Below, piece after piece: positions 29,671 to 39,539 of a stretch of 64,000 nt of DNA. The stretch lies in assembly GCA_003558065.1 (NCBI GenBank), contig PWMU01000050.1, forward strand, positions 11,656 to 75,655, written 5' to 3'. Within the stretch, counting starts at the first letter, position 1. Each line of letters begins with the position of its first letter. The translations under genes and the position numbers were made by a program. Origin of the DNA: Opitutia bacterium. GTDB lineage: Bacteria > Verrucomicrobiota > Verrucomicrobiia > Opitutales > T3Sed10-336. The notes under the pieces were generated by a model, which was given only the letters and a program-made list of their open reading frames with translations, did not search any database and was not told the DNA's origin.

Positions 29671-31284
29671 ATGAATCCGAAAAAAACATTTGCTCTCGCA
29701 GTCGGTTTGGCGCTGTTCCTGTTGCCGTTATTCCTGGATTTCGAGGGGTTGTCGTTGATGGGGCATATCACGCTGGGCATTTTTCTGCTGGCGGCGGTTT
29801 TCTGGATTCTGGAGCCGATCCCGATTTATGCGACCTCCCTGCTGGTGATTTTTTTGCAGATCGTTTTCCTGAGCGTCCAGGGGCCGCTGTACCAGTTGAG
29901 CGAGGTTCCTTCGGCGACGCCTTTACCGGTGGAAGGGGAGGTTTGGGAGATTCCGGCGGCGGCCTTGCAGGAAGAGGATGCCGTTCTGGTACTGGAGAAC
30001 GGGAAACAGGCGGGAGTGGTGCCAGTGACCGTAACGGGTTCGAACGCCGAAACGGTCACGGTTCGATCGGATGAGCTGTCGACGGAAAGCCGTTTGGTAA
30101 TAGATGGCGATCACTGGCTGCTGGATTTCGAGGTTCCGAGTTATACCGTTTATCTCAACGCCCTTGCCAATCCGATTATCATTCTGTTCCTGGGGGGGTT
30201 CGTTCTGGCGGGTGCCGCCGTCAAATACCAGCTCGACCGCAATCTCACCCGGGTAATCCTGCGACCCTTCGGCACGAAGCCGGCGCGCGTGACGATGGGT
30301 TTGATGCTGGTGACCGCGACGTTGTCGGCATTCATGAGCAATACCGCGACGACGGCCATGATGATGACCGTGATCATTCCAATCGTGGCCCAGCTCGATC
30401 CCGACGACCGGTACCGGATCGGGGTTGCGCTTGCCATACCTTTCGCCGCCAACGTGGGCGGCATCGCCACCCCGATCGGCACCCCTCCCAATGCGATCGC
30501 CATCGGCGCCTTGCAGGCGCACGGCATTCAGATCGCCTTCGGCACCTGGATGATGCTCGCGGTTCCGTTGGTGGTGGTCATTCTGTTCTTTGTCTGGTGG
30601 CTCCTGCTGCGGGTGTATCCGGCTAAAGGAGAGCGCATTGTTTTGGACCTGAGCGGCCGGTTCAACGTCTCGGGAAAGGCGATAACGCTTTACTTCGTCT
30701 TTGGACTGACGGTGCTGCTTTGGGTGAGCGAAGCCTGGCACGGGCTGTCCAGCAGCGTGGTGGCTTTCTTTCCGATCGTGGCATTGACGGCGTTCCGGGT
30801 GGTCGAAATCGACGAGATACGCAACCTGCCCTGGGAGGTGCTCTGGTTGATGGCCGGCGGGATTGCGCTGGGAGTCGCGATGCAGGATACCGGTTTGGCG
30901 GAGTGGCTGATCGGACTGATCCGCTGGGATTTGATGGGGGCCTTTGTGGTCATCTGTGTTTTCGGGTTTGTTGCAGCCGGCTTGTCGAACTTTATCTCCA
31001 ACACCGTGGCGGCGAGCCTGCTGGTGCCCCTGGCTATTTCCCTCGGAGTGAGCGGAATGCTGGCGGATGCGGCTTCGCTGGAGATCAACGCCATTATCAT
31101 TGCCGTGGGTGCCAGCCTCGGAATGGCGCTGCCGATTTCCACTCCGCCCAACGCGATCGCCATGAGCACCGGCATGTTGCGTACTCCGGATATGGCCAGA
31201 ATGGGAGTGATTATCGCGCTTGTCGGGTTGCCCGTGGCGTTCGTGCTGGCGAAATTCCTGTGGCCGCTTTTGGTGGGCAATTGA
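29671..31284 (+). CDS. DASS/SLC13-type anion:sodium symporter family permease
   Basis: The duplicated SNT/SNxxxA and PxGTPPN hairpin motifs are present (FMSNTATTAMMMTVIIPI, ATPIGTPPNAIA, ISNTVAASLLVPL, PISTPPNAIA). ATG 29671 is preferred (MNPKKTFALAVGLALFLLPL). Confidence 0.75.
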   Translation: MNPKKTFALAVGLALFLLPLFLDFEGLSLMGHITLGIFLLAAVFWILEPIPIYATSLLVIFLQIVFLSVQGPLYQLSEVPSATPLPVEGEVWEIPAAALQEEDAVLVLENGKQAGVVPVTVTGSNAETVTVRSDELSTESRLVIDGDHWLLDFEVPSYTVYLNALANPIIILFLGGFVLAGAAVKYQLDRNLTRVILRPFGTKPARVTMGLMLVTATLSAFMSNTATTAMMMTVIIPIVAQLDPDDRYRIGVALAIPFAANVGGIATPIGTPPNAIAIGALQAHGIQIAFGTWMMLAVPLVVVILFFVWWLLLRVYPAKGERIVLDLSGRFNVSGKAITLYFVFGLTVLLWVSEAWHGLSSSVVAFFPIVALTAFRVVEIDEIRNLPWEVLWLMAGGIALGVAMQDTGLAEWLIGLIRWDLMGAFVVICVFGFVAAGLSNFISNTVAASLLVPLAISLGVSGMLADAASLEINAIIIAVGASLGMALPISTPPNAIAMSTGMLRTPDMARMGVIIALVGLPVAFVLAKFLWPLLVGN

Positions 31285-31359
31285 TTTGACGGGAGTGTTG
31301 CCGGCCCCCTGTCCGGGAGAAACCTGAGTACTGAGTTTTTTATGCCGAATCGAACCTGA

Positions 31360-31881
31360 ATGTCCTCAATCCGTGCCGATATGGAAAAAATCTACATACT
31401 TTGCGTCGATGACGAACCAGACGTTCTTCGTGCCGTAGCCCGGGATCTGGCGCTTCTTGAGGAGGCGTTCCCGGTCGAAACCGCGGCGTCCGCCGACGAA
31501 GCGAAAGCGCTGATCGGCCGAATCCAGGAGAGCCGGGACGAGCTTGGCCTGATTTTCTGCGATCACGTGATGCCCGGACAGAATGGGGTCGACCTCTTGA
31601 TCGAACTCCGCGGGCGTTTGGACCTCGATTTGATGCGCCGGGTATTGTTTACCGGGCAGGCGGGTCACGAGGATACCGTGGACGCGATCAACCGGGCCGG
31701 CATAACCCATTATGTGGCCAAGCCCTGGGAGCGCGAGGAACTCCTGCAGGTTGCCCGCGACGAATTGACCAGCTATATTATTGCGAGCGGCCGGGATCCG
31801 CTTCCCTATATGCGGTACCTCGACCAGGAACGGCTTGCTGAACATGTGCACCGGCGAAACAGAACAGACACAGGGCAGTGA
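31360..31881 (+). CDS. Response regulator, receiver domain only
   Basis: ILCVDDEPDVLRAV...FCDHVMPGQNGVDLL...YVAKPW. No DNA-binding output domain. The start may be ATG 31381. Confidence 0.75.
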   Translation: MSSIRADMEKIYILCVDDEPDVLRAVARDLALLEEAFPVETAASADEAKALIGRIQESRDELGLIFCDHVMPGQNGVDLLIELRGRLDLDLMRRVLFTGQAGHEDTVDAINRAGITHYVAKPWEREELLQVARDELTSYIIASGRDPLPYMRYLDQERLAEHVHRRNRTDTGQ

Positions 31882-33352
31882 TTCCCGGGGGCACTCGCGG
31901 GCCCGTTCCGGTTCGCGTGAGAAGCCCGCTGTCGTTGCCGAAGTGCGGCGTCTGGCCGAGGCTTCACCCGAGCTTTCGGGGTTGATTCAAACCTTTGAGG
32001 CCGGCCGGCCCCTCCTTAGGGAAGGGGAGTACCGCGACGAAGTTTTCTGTCTGCTCGAAGGGGCGGTAACCCTTTACAAAAAGGCGCCCACAGGCGGACG
32101 TATTGCGGTCGACAGTATTCGCCCGGGAGATTTGGTCGGACTGCTTTCCTACTGCACCGGCAACCCGAATTTTGTGGACGCGGTGGTGGAGTCCCCGGTA
32201 ACCGCCCTCACCCTGAGTTTTGAAAGATTCGGGTCATTGGCGGAGTCGGCGCCGGAGCTTTACGAACGCCTGCAAACCCTGATCCGTGACAACCTGACCG
32301 AACGTTACCGGCGGATGGTGGTTTTGCATCTCAAGCTCGCCACCCTCAATGCCACCCTGGAGAAGGAACGCGACGAGCTCCGGCGAACGGTTCTCGAACT
32401 GGAGCGAACCCGCAGTCGATTGGTCCAACAGGAGAAAATGGCGGTGCTCGGGAGTCTTGTGGCCGGCCTCGCCCACGAAATCAACAATCCGGCCTCCGCC
32501 GTGCTTCGTTCGGTGGAATACCTGCGTGAGGCGTTTGAGGATGTTTTGAAGCAGATTCCCGGGGAAGTGGAACAGGGTACAGCCAGGCGGTTCTGGGAGT
32601 CCGGGATGCGTGCCCAATTGCCTGATACGGTGACGCAACGCTCCCGGCTGGAGACGCTGGCCCGGGAGCACCCGAAACTTCCGCGGCCCCTGCTTCGCCG
32701 ATTGGCCGCCGTCCCGCCGGAGGTGCTCGATCTTGAATCGGGAATCGAGACCGAAAACGTAGCTCGCCTGCTTTCCGTTTTCGAGGCGGGACTCAACCTG
32801 CAGATTATCCAGGTGTCCTCTGAACGGATACGGAACCTGGTGGTCCATCTCAAGAAGTACGCGCGTCCGGGCACCCAGGGGCGGCAGAGAATCGATTTGA
32901 GGGACGGGATCCGGGAAACCCTGCTCATTCTGAGGGCGGCTCTGAAGCGATTCGAGGTGGAGCTGGATCTCCCGGAGATTCCCGGAGTTTACGCGGATCC
33001 CGGCCGCTTGAACCAGGTCTGGACCAATTTGATTTACAATGCATGCGAGGCCATGGGCGAGTCGGGACGTTTGCGCATTGCCTGTGGCCGGGCCGGTCCC
33101 TGCCGAGTCTTTGTCGATGTGCGGGATAGCGGGCCCGGCGTGAATGAGGAGATCAAGGAGAAGATATTCCAGCCGAACTATACCACCAAGGAGCAGGTGA
33201 ATCACTTCGGCCTCGGTCTCGGTCTGAGTATATCCAAGGATATCGTTTCGGATTGCAACGGAGAACTGACGGTCCGCAACGCTCCCGAAGGAGGCGCGAT
33301 CTTCCGGGTGGAACTGCCCGCGGCGGAAGGCGGGGGCGGGGAGGAGACGTGA
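31844..33352 (+). CDS. Soluble sensor histidine kinase with an N-terminal cyclic-nucleotide-binding-like domain
   Basis: cNMP-binding-like segment LREGEYRDEVFCLLEGAVTLYKK...GDLVGLLSY. Coiled coil. H-box LAHEINNPASAV. N/G boxes NLIYNACEAM, DSGPGV, GLGLGLSISKDIV. No TM segments. The start is uncertain (ATG 31844 overlaps the regulator by 38 nt). Confidence 0.75.
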   Translation: MCTGETEQTQGSDSRGHSRARSGSREKPAVVAEVRRLAEASPELSGLIQTFEAGRPLLREGEYRDEVFCLLEGAVTLYKKAPTGGRIAVDSIRPGDLVGLLSYCTGNPNFVDAVVESPVTALTLSFERFGSLAESAPELYERLQTLIRDNLTERYRRMVVLHLKLATLNATLEKERDELRRTVLELERTRSRLVQQEKMAVLGSLVAGLAHEINNPASAVLRSVEYLREAFEDVLKQIPGEVEQGTARRFWESGMRAQLPDTVTQRSRLETLAREHPKLPRPLLRRLAAVPPEVLDLESGIETENVARLLSVFEAGLNLQIIQVSSERIRNLVVHLKKYARPGTQGRQRIDLRDGIRETLLILRAALKRFEVELDLPEIPGVYADPGRLNQVWTNLIYNACEAMGESGRLRIACGRAGPCRVFVDVRDSGPGVNEEIKEKIFQPNYTTKEQVNHFGLGLGLSISKDIVSDCNGELTVRNAPEGGAIFRVELPAAEGGGGEET

Positions 33353-33387
33353 TGCGGCCGTCATTCCCGACACGAGATCCCGGCCTT

Positions 33388-33427
33388 CGTCCCGCCCGCT
33401 GACGGGTTCGGGGCGGGGCGTCGTTTG
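33388..33427 (+). terminator. Candidate intrinsic terminator after the kinase gene
   Basis: 10-bp GC stem cgtcccgccc / gggcggggcg (one G-U pair), a 13-nt loop, then tcgtttgcc. The U-tract is weak. Confidence 0.3.
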
Positions 33428-33719
33428 CCGAGCGCAACGGTTTGGCCGGAACGTGATTTCTTCCCGTGAAAAACCTTGATTATCCCGGGAGTTCCGCTTT
33501 CTGTCGGTGGGAGTTTGAACCGTTCTTGACGCATGAGCGATTCCTCCCTGGGGCGAAAGAAGGAACCGCACGGGACGAAGGTTGCCGTCTCAGCCGCGCC
33601 GTGTCTTTTTTCCCTGATCCGGGAACTCTCTCCCGAAGTCTGAAACCTGAGATCCTAAAATGGATGCACCTGAGCGCAGGTGGCGGAGCGAACTGTTCCG
33701 CCCGACAACATAAAGAACT

Positions 33720-35345
33720 ATGACCGTGGTCCGATATTCAAAAACTGAACCTGTCGATATCCTGATTGTCGGCGGTGGCACGGGGGGCTGTGCCGCCGCG
33801 CGCGCCGCCGCGAGCCTCGGTTTCCGGGTCGTACTTACCGAGGAGAGCGATTGGCTCGGCGGTCAGATGACGTCCCAGGCGGTGCCGCCCGATGAGCATC
33901 GCTGGATCGAGCGGTTCGGCTGCACACGAAGCTATCGCTCCTACCGGGACAGGGTTCGGGCCTATTACAAGGCGAATTATCCGCTCTCCGCGGAGGGCCT
34001 CCGGCAGCCGTACCTGAACCCGGGCGGAGGACGGGTTTCGGGACTGTGTCATGAACCCCGGGTCGCCCTGGCCGTTATAGAGGACATGCTTGCGCCGTGG
34101 ATAACGGCCGGCTGTTTGACCGTGTTGCTGCGACACAAACCGGTGGCCGTTGACCGCGAAGGAGCCCGGGTAAAGGGGGTGACCCTCCGCTGCCTGGAAT
34201 CCGGTCGCGAGGAAACCCTGGAAGCCGACTACGTGCTCGACGCCACCGAACTCGGGGATTTGTTGCCGCTGGCATCGATTGATTATGTGACGGGTGCCGA
34301 ATCCCGCGAGGAAACCGGCGAGCTCCACGCGGTGGACGGCCCGGCCCAGCCGGAAAACGTTCAGGCGATTACCTGGTGTTTCCCGATGGCCTACGATCCG
34401 GACTGTCCGCCGGAGAGCGACCGGTACCGGATCGAAAAGCCCGCACAGTACGACCGGTGGCGCGATTACGTTCCCGAGCTGAAACCCGCGTGGAGCGGCC
34501 CCATGCTCAGCTGGGCCTACACGCATCCGATCACGCTCAAAGCGATCACCCGGGTGCTTCTGCCGGAGGAAGAGGACGGCGAGCGTCAGTCGATCCTGCC
34601 CTACCGGCAGATCGTCAGGAAAGAGCATTTCGCGTACCCGTTTCCGGTTCACGATGTGACCCTCGTCAACTGGCCCCAGAATGATTATCTCGAGGGCAAC
34701 ATCATCGACAAGGATGAGCGGACGGTCGCCCGTTGCCTGGAGGAAGCCCGGCAGCTCTCGCTGAGTTTTTTCTACTGGCTGCAGAATGAGGCGCCGACGG
34801 CCGATGGAGAAGGGACGGGGTACGCGGGCCTGCATCTGCGGCCCGACCTGGTCGGCACGGCGGACGGACTTGCCAAGTACCCGTATATCCGGGAGGCCCG
34901 ACGAATCAAGTCGGTCTTTACGGTAACCGAGAACCATGTCGGCGCCGAGGCGCGTGACGGGAAACCCGCGGAGCCCTTTTTCGACAGCGTCGGGGTCGGC
35001 TGCTACCGTATTGACCTGCACCCGAGCACGGGAAAGGACAACTACGTCGACATCTCATCACTGCCCTTTCGCATTCCTCTCGGCGCCCTGCTTCCGCGGG
35101 AAGTCGACAACCTGCTTCCGGCCGCCAAGAACATCGGTACCACTCACATTTCCAACGGCTGCTACCGGTTGCACCCGGTCGAATGGAACATCGGCGAGTC
35201 CGCGGGATTTCTGGCCGCCTTTGCGTTGTCGCGCAATGTTGCGCCGCGGCAGGTGCGCGAGAGAAATGAGCTGTTGGAGGCGTTTCAGGCATTGCTCCGC
35301 GAACAGGGCGTGGAGCTCTCCTGGCCCGAAACCCACGCGGTGTGA
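33720..35345 (+). CDS. FAD-dependent oxidoreductase (FAD_oxidored family)
   Basis: DILIVGGGTGGCAAARAAASLGFRVVLTEESDWLGGQMTSQAVPPDE dinucleotide-binding start. 541 aa. Confidence 0.75.
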   Translation: MTVVRYSKTEPVDILIVGGGTGGCAAARAAASLGFRVVLTEESDWLGGQMTSQAVPPDEHRWIERFGCTRSYRSYRDRVRAYYKANYPLSAEGLRQPYLNPGGGRVSGLCHEPRVALAVIEDMLAPWITAGCLTVLLRHKPVAVDREGARVKGVTLRCLESGREETLEADYVLDATELGDLLPLASIDYVTGAESREETGELHAVDGPAQPENVQAITWCFPMAYDPDCPPESDRYRIEKPAQYDRWRDYVPELKPAWSGPMLSWAYTHPITLKAITRVLLPEEEDGERQSILPYRQIVRKEHFAYPFPVHDVTLVNWPQNDYLEGNIIDKDERTVARCLEEARQLSLSFFYWLQNEAPTADGEGTGYAGLHLRPDLVGTADGLAKYPYIREARRIKSVFTVTENHVGAEARDGKPAEPFFDSVGVGCYRIDLHPSTGKDNYVDISSLPFRIPLGALLPREVDNLLPAAKNIGTTHISNGCYRLHPVEWNIGESAGFLAAFALSRNVAPRQVRERNELLEAFQALLREQGVELSWPETHAV

Positions 35346-35463
35346 CCTGTCAACTTCTTCGGCAACCGGCTTTCCTCGGGAATTTATCGGTCCGGGGGAC
35401 GGTTCCTGCAAGAAAGTACAGTGCGGGCGTTTCCGGAAAAATTAATACCAGTTACAAGTTATC

Positions 35464-36420
35464 ATGAGTACTCTCAAAGCAGGAATTATCGGATGCGGGG
35501 GCATCGCGGGCCATCATCTGGAGGGTTTCCGGAAGGCCGGCGTAGCGGTAGCCGCCGTGGCGGATGTTAACGAGCCGGCGGCCAGCGCCTTCGCCAAAAC
35601 GATTCCCGGGGCGGATGTCTTCTCGAGCGTCCGGGAGCTCATCGACCAAGGCGGTGTCCAGGTCGTCAGCGTGTGCTCGCCGCCGGCCTCGCATGAGGAC
35701 GCGGTCGTCTACGGGTTGCAACAGGGGGTTCACGTGCTTTGTGAGAAGCCGCTGGCGACGACGGTGGAATCGGCCCGACGCATGGAGGAGGCGGCGGCGG
35801 GAACGGGCGCCTTGCTCATGCCGGGATTTCGTCACCGGTTTCTCCCGGCCGTCCTGCGAATGCGGGAGTTGGTTTCCGAGATTGGCCCGCCTGTCTGGTT
35901 CCACAATACTTTTTGCGGGCCGGCGTTCGAGATGAAGGAGAAATGGCATTCGAAACGAGAGATTTCCGGCGGCGGCGTTCTCACCGATACCAGTTCTCAT
36001 TCTATCGATCTATTCCGGTTTGTGGCCGGCGAAATTGTCGAGCAGCACGCGGTCGTACACCGTCACTTCGACGGCACGGACACCGAGGACGCGGGCATCC
36101 TGACGGTCAAAGCCGAGAACGGAACACTGGGAATGTTTTCGGCCGCGTGGGTGGCGGGTGTCGGCACGGCCGGGATCGAGGTCATGGGGCGGAACGGGAG
36201 CCTGGCCTACGACTACACCCAGCCGGCTCTTCTGCGCGTGCGGCGCAAAGGCGAAGACAAGGTGGAGGCTATCGCGGTCGAACCCAGCGCCGGGTTTATT
36301 GAAGAGGTAGCGCACCTGATCGGCGCAATTGAGGGAAAATGGGAGCTTTCCTGCACGGCGAAAGACGGAAGGCGTGCCGTGGAAGTGCTGGCCGGTGTTT
36401 ACGGGGAGGCCGGTCGATGA
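35464..36420 (+). CDS. Gfo/Idh/MocA family oxidoreductase
   Basis: LKAGIIGCGGIAGHHL Rossmann start, and the EKPLA motif (VLCEKPLATT). Confidence 0.8.
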   Translation: MSTLKAGIIGCGGIAGHHLEGFRKAGVAVAAVADVNEPAASAFAKTIPGADVFSSVRELIDQGGVQVVSVCSPPASHEDAVVYGLQQGVHVLCEKPLATTVESARRMEEAAAGTGALLMPGFRHRFLPAVLRMRELVSEIGPPVWFHNTFCGPAFEMKEKWHSKREISGGGVLTDTSSHSIDLFRFVAGEIVEQHAVVHRHFDGTDTEDAGILTVKAENGTLGMFSAAWVAGVGTAGIEVMGRNGSLAYDYTQPALLRVRRKGEDKVEAIAVEPSAGFIEEVAHLIGAIEGKWELSCTAKDGRRAVEVLAGVYGEAGR

Positions 36421-36451
36421 AAACGACAGGGTTTGTCGATTATCACGTCTA

Positions 36452-36481
36452 GGAGTCTGTCGGGCTTCGCCGACGGCTGCC
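36452..36481. repeat. Short hairpin repeat GGAGTNTGTCGGGCTTCGCCGAC(A)GGCTGC, copy 1
   Basis: ggagtctgtcgggcttcgccgacggctgcc. It is nearly identical to 55831..55861. Inner stem GTCGG/CCGAC around GCTTCG. Confidence 0.55.
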
Positions 36482-36561
36482 AGGGGGCGATGCTTCAGCG
36501 GCCGAACCGGCCCGTCTGATGAACTTGCCTTCTGCGCCGGGGAGCGCTATACCCACCCACT

Positions 36562-37641
36562 ATGGCTGGAAAAATCAAAATACTGGTGGTCGGGTGCGGC
36601 CAAATGGGCACCTCGCATGCGCGGGCGTATCATAATATGGACGGTTGTGAAATCGTCGGCGTGGTCAGCCGCGGGCCGGAAAGCCGCGGGCGGCTGGCCG
36701 GCGAACTGGGGGGGGCGACGGAGTATGACGACTTCAGGAAGGCCCTTGAGGCCACAAAGCCCGACGCTGTCTGTATCAGCACGTATCCGGAGACCCATGT
36801 AGATTTCGCCGTTGCGTCAATGGAGGCCGGAGCCCACGTATTTCTCGAAAAACCCATCGCCGAGGACAACGAGGGAGCGGAACGGGTTGTGGCGGCCGCG
36901 CGCAAACACAACAAGAAAGCCGTGATCGGTTACATCCTTCGCCACCACCCGGCCTGGACCCGGTTTATCGAAACCGCCCGCACCCTGGGCAAGCCGCTGG
37001 TTATGAGGATGAACCTCAACCAGCAGAGCAGCGGCGACAAGTGGAGGGGTCACAAGAACCTGATGAATTCGCTCTCTCCCATCGTCGATTGCGGGGTTCA
37101 TTACGTCGACGTAATGTGCCAGATGACAGGCGCCCGCCCGATTCGGGTTCAGGCGATCGGAGCCCGTCTAAGCGATGAACTCAAACCGGGGATGTATAAC
37201 TACGGGAACCTTCAGGTCGTGTTCGACGACGGTTCCGTCGGGTGGTACGAGGCCGGTTGGGGGCCGATGATCAGCGAGGAGGCGTTTTTCGTCAAAGATG
37301 TCGTCGGGCCCAGGGGGTGCGCCAGCATCGCGGACCGGAAGAAAGAGCGCGGCGAGGGCTCGTCGGCGGATATCGAAAGCCACACCGCGACCCATTCCAT
37401 CAGAATCCACCACGCGGACCTCGACGCCGACGGCAACTTTGCCAAACAGGATGAATGGGTTGATACCACGGGCGAGCCGGATCATGACGAACTGTGCCGT
37501 CGCGAACAGGAGTACTTTGTCAAGGCTATCCGTGAAGACATCGACCTGACCGAACATCTGACGGCCGCCGTTGACAGTCTCCGTATCGTGTTGGCGGCGG
37601 ATCAATCGATCCGCGAGGGCAAGGTGATTTCGCTGGAGTAA
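36562..37641 (+). CDS. Gfo/Idh/MocA family oxidoreductase
   Basis: KILVVGCGQMGTSHARAY, and VFLEKPIA. Confidence 0.8.
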   Translation: MAGKIKILVVGCGQMGTSHARAYHNMDGCEIVGVVSRGPESRGRLAGELGGATEYDDFRKALEATKPDAVCISTYPETHVDFAVASMEAGAHVFLEKPIAEDNEGAERVVAAARKHNKKAVIGYILRHHPAWTRFIETARTLGKPLVMRMNLNQQSSGDKWRGHKNLMNSLSPIVDCGVHYVDVMCQMTGARPIRVQAIGARLSDELKPGMYNYGNLQVVFDDGSVGWYEAGWGPMISEEAFFVKDVVGPRGCASIADRKKERGEGSSADIESHTATHSIRIHHADLDADGNFAKQDEWVDTTGEPDHDELCRREQEYFVKAIREDIDLTEHLTAAVDSLRIVLAADQSIREGKVISLE

Positions 37642-37651
37642 GGGGAAGGCG

Positions 37652-38497
37652 TCATATAGGCACCACGTCCTCTTCTTTGTCCGGCACTCTCAGGGTTGCG
37701 GTGTTTTCCTCGTCATTACGCACGTAGGTGATAGCCACTTCCGTTCCGGGGCGAAGCTCCCCTGTCAGGTTGAGTAATTCGGCGGGGGTGCGGACGGGTG
37801 TTTCGCCAACCTTGACGATCAGATCGCCGGCCTGAATTCCTTTTTCAGCGGCGACTCCTGTAACATCGGATACGAGGATGCCGTCCCGGTCGCCGAGATT
37901 GAATTGTTCCCTCCGTTCCTCGGAGGGATAAACCGCGGTCATCCCGAGAACCCGAACCACCTGCTCGGATTCTTCGGGAGGCACAAATTGAAAGTCACGG
38001 GCCTCATCAATGACCTTTCCGGCCAGCCGAATGGGCGTGTCCAGGCGCAAGGCCAGCGCGAGGGCGTCACTCGGGCGGCTGTCGATTTTCATGATCTCGC
38101 CCTCTTCGCCACGCTTCAGGTGAATGGCGCCGTAGTAAGTGCCTTCGCGGATATCGTAGACGGCGATCTGTTCGATTTCATTGCCGCCGGCGCGCATCAG
38201 AGCGGCCATGAGGTCGTGGGTCATTGGGCGTGGGGGCTCGATCCCATGAAGGGCTCTTGCAATAGCCTGGGCCTCGCTGATCCCGATCCAGATCGGGACG
38301 ACCCTCCCCGATTCGATGGCCCGCACGAGAACCACCGGCGCCCCGGTAATCTGGTCCATGCCGACGGTCGAAATTTCAGCGGCGTAAAGCTCTTCGGGGT
38401 CAAAGTCGTTTTGGTTGGCGGGAGCGTCTCGTAACAGGGCGTAGAGCAGGAGAATGCTGGCCAAGCCAAGCAGGGCGGCTGGTCGGTAGCGTTTCAT
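37652..38497 (-). CDS. Bifunctional-nuclease (DUF151) domain protein with a C-terminal PDZ domain
   Basis: ATG 38497 (MKRYRPAALLGLASILLLYALL anchor). PVVLVRAIESGRVVPIWIGISEAQAIARAL...RPMTHDL...IDSRPSDALALALR matches the DUF151/BFN family. PDZ-like GILVSDVTGVAAEKGIQAGDLIVKVG. Confidence 0.7.
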   Translation of the reverse strand: MKRYRPAALLGLASILLLYALLRDAPANQNDFDPEELYAAEISTVGMDQITGAPVVLVRAIESGRVVPIWIGISEAQAIARALHGIEPPRPMTHDLMAALMRAGGNEIEQIAVYDIREGTYYGAIHLKRGEEGEIMKIDSRPSDALALALRLDTPIRLAGKVIDEARDFQFVPPEESEQVVRVLGMTAVYPSEERREQFNLGDRDGILVSDVTGVAAEKGIQAGDLIVKVGETPVRTPAELLNLTGELRPGTEVAITYVRNDEENTATLRVPDKEEDVVPI

Positions 38498-38686
38498 GCG
38501 GGCATCATCCCTCAAAACACGGCGAATGGCAAGAAGAGGAAGCAGTTTTCCGGGCGGGAAGAGGGTAGCCTGTTGCGGGGGGCTTTCGAACGGCGGGGAA
38601 TGCCGCTGACCGGGCTCTCCTTTCGAGTTGGAAAAACGTCTCCGGGCATTGCCGGAATGGCCGGTTTGTATTCCCTTCATTGTTGA

Positions 38687-39148
38687 ATGAACCTCGAACA
38701 CAAGGAACGACTGTTTTCATCGGAATTGAATCATAGGGCATTGGCTTACGCCCTGCTCAGGATCACCCTGGGAGTGGTTTTTTTCTTTTACGGGTTCAAC
38801 AAACTCCAGGGCGGTCCTGGTAATTTCGCGACCGGCCTTCAGGAGCGCTTTGCCGAGCAGCTTCCCGGGCTTCTGGTGGCGCCGTTCGCCTGGGTTCTGC
38901 CGTTTATCGAAGTGACGGTGGGATTATTGCTCATTGTCGGCCTTTTCACTCCGGGCGCGCTGCTGGTTTCCGGGGTGCTGATGATCGCCCTGGTTTTCGG
39001 CGCCGTCATGGAGCCGAGTCCGCCTACCGTGGCCAACAACCTCCTTTTCGCCGTCATCGTGTTTCTCCTGCTGTTCCTTCTGGAGTACAATCGCTATTCG
39101 CTCGATCGTTGGAAAGAAATGCGGAGCGGGCGAAAGGTTGGATTTTAG
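38687..39148 (+). CDS. DoxX family membrane protein
   Basis: ALLRITLGVVFFFYGFNKL, with four TM segments. Confidence 0.75.
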   Translation: MNLEHKERLFSSELNHRALAYALLRITLGVVFFFYGFNKLQGGPGNFATGLQERFAEQLPGLLVAPFAWVLPFIEVTVGLLLIVGLFTPGALLVSGVLMIALVFGAVMEPSPPTVANNLLFAVIVFLLLFLLEYNRYSLDRWKEMRSGRKVGF

Positions 39149-39455
39149 ATTGTCCCGTTCGGATTTTGAATGGATGCTTGCGTAGAGCGTGGGCGGGAGT
39201 GACTCGCTTTCACTCAAGTGCCGGGAACCTGTGGCTGGGGGTAACCCCGTTCGGGCACCCCGGTATTGCGGTGGAATCCTGAAAATATCCTTATTCCTCA
39301 TGGATTCGACCCTCGTCGACGCGGTGCCCGGTGGCATTGCAGAAAAAGAGTCCATATGGGACGAAATGTCTCTATTATGAGACAAAACTCACCTTGCCGC
39401 TCCGCCCTGTGAAATGTAAGCTATTGCTAGAAAAGGCTTTAATCCCGAATTCAGC

Positions 39456-39471
39456 TGGCATGCGATATGCA
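39456..39471 (+). promoter_or_regulatory. Candidate sigma54 (-24/-12) promoter upstream of hsp20
   Basis: TGGCATgcgatATGCA versus the consensus TGGCAC-N5-TTGCA. The invariant GG and GC are at the correct 10-nt spacing. It lies 69 nt upstream of ATG 39540. Confidence 0.35.
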
Positions 39472-39539
39472 GGAGTTATTTTGTAACGAAATGACTCATT
39501 AACGCGAATTTCCCAGCTTCAATGAAAGGAGGTGTTAGT

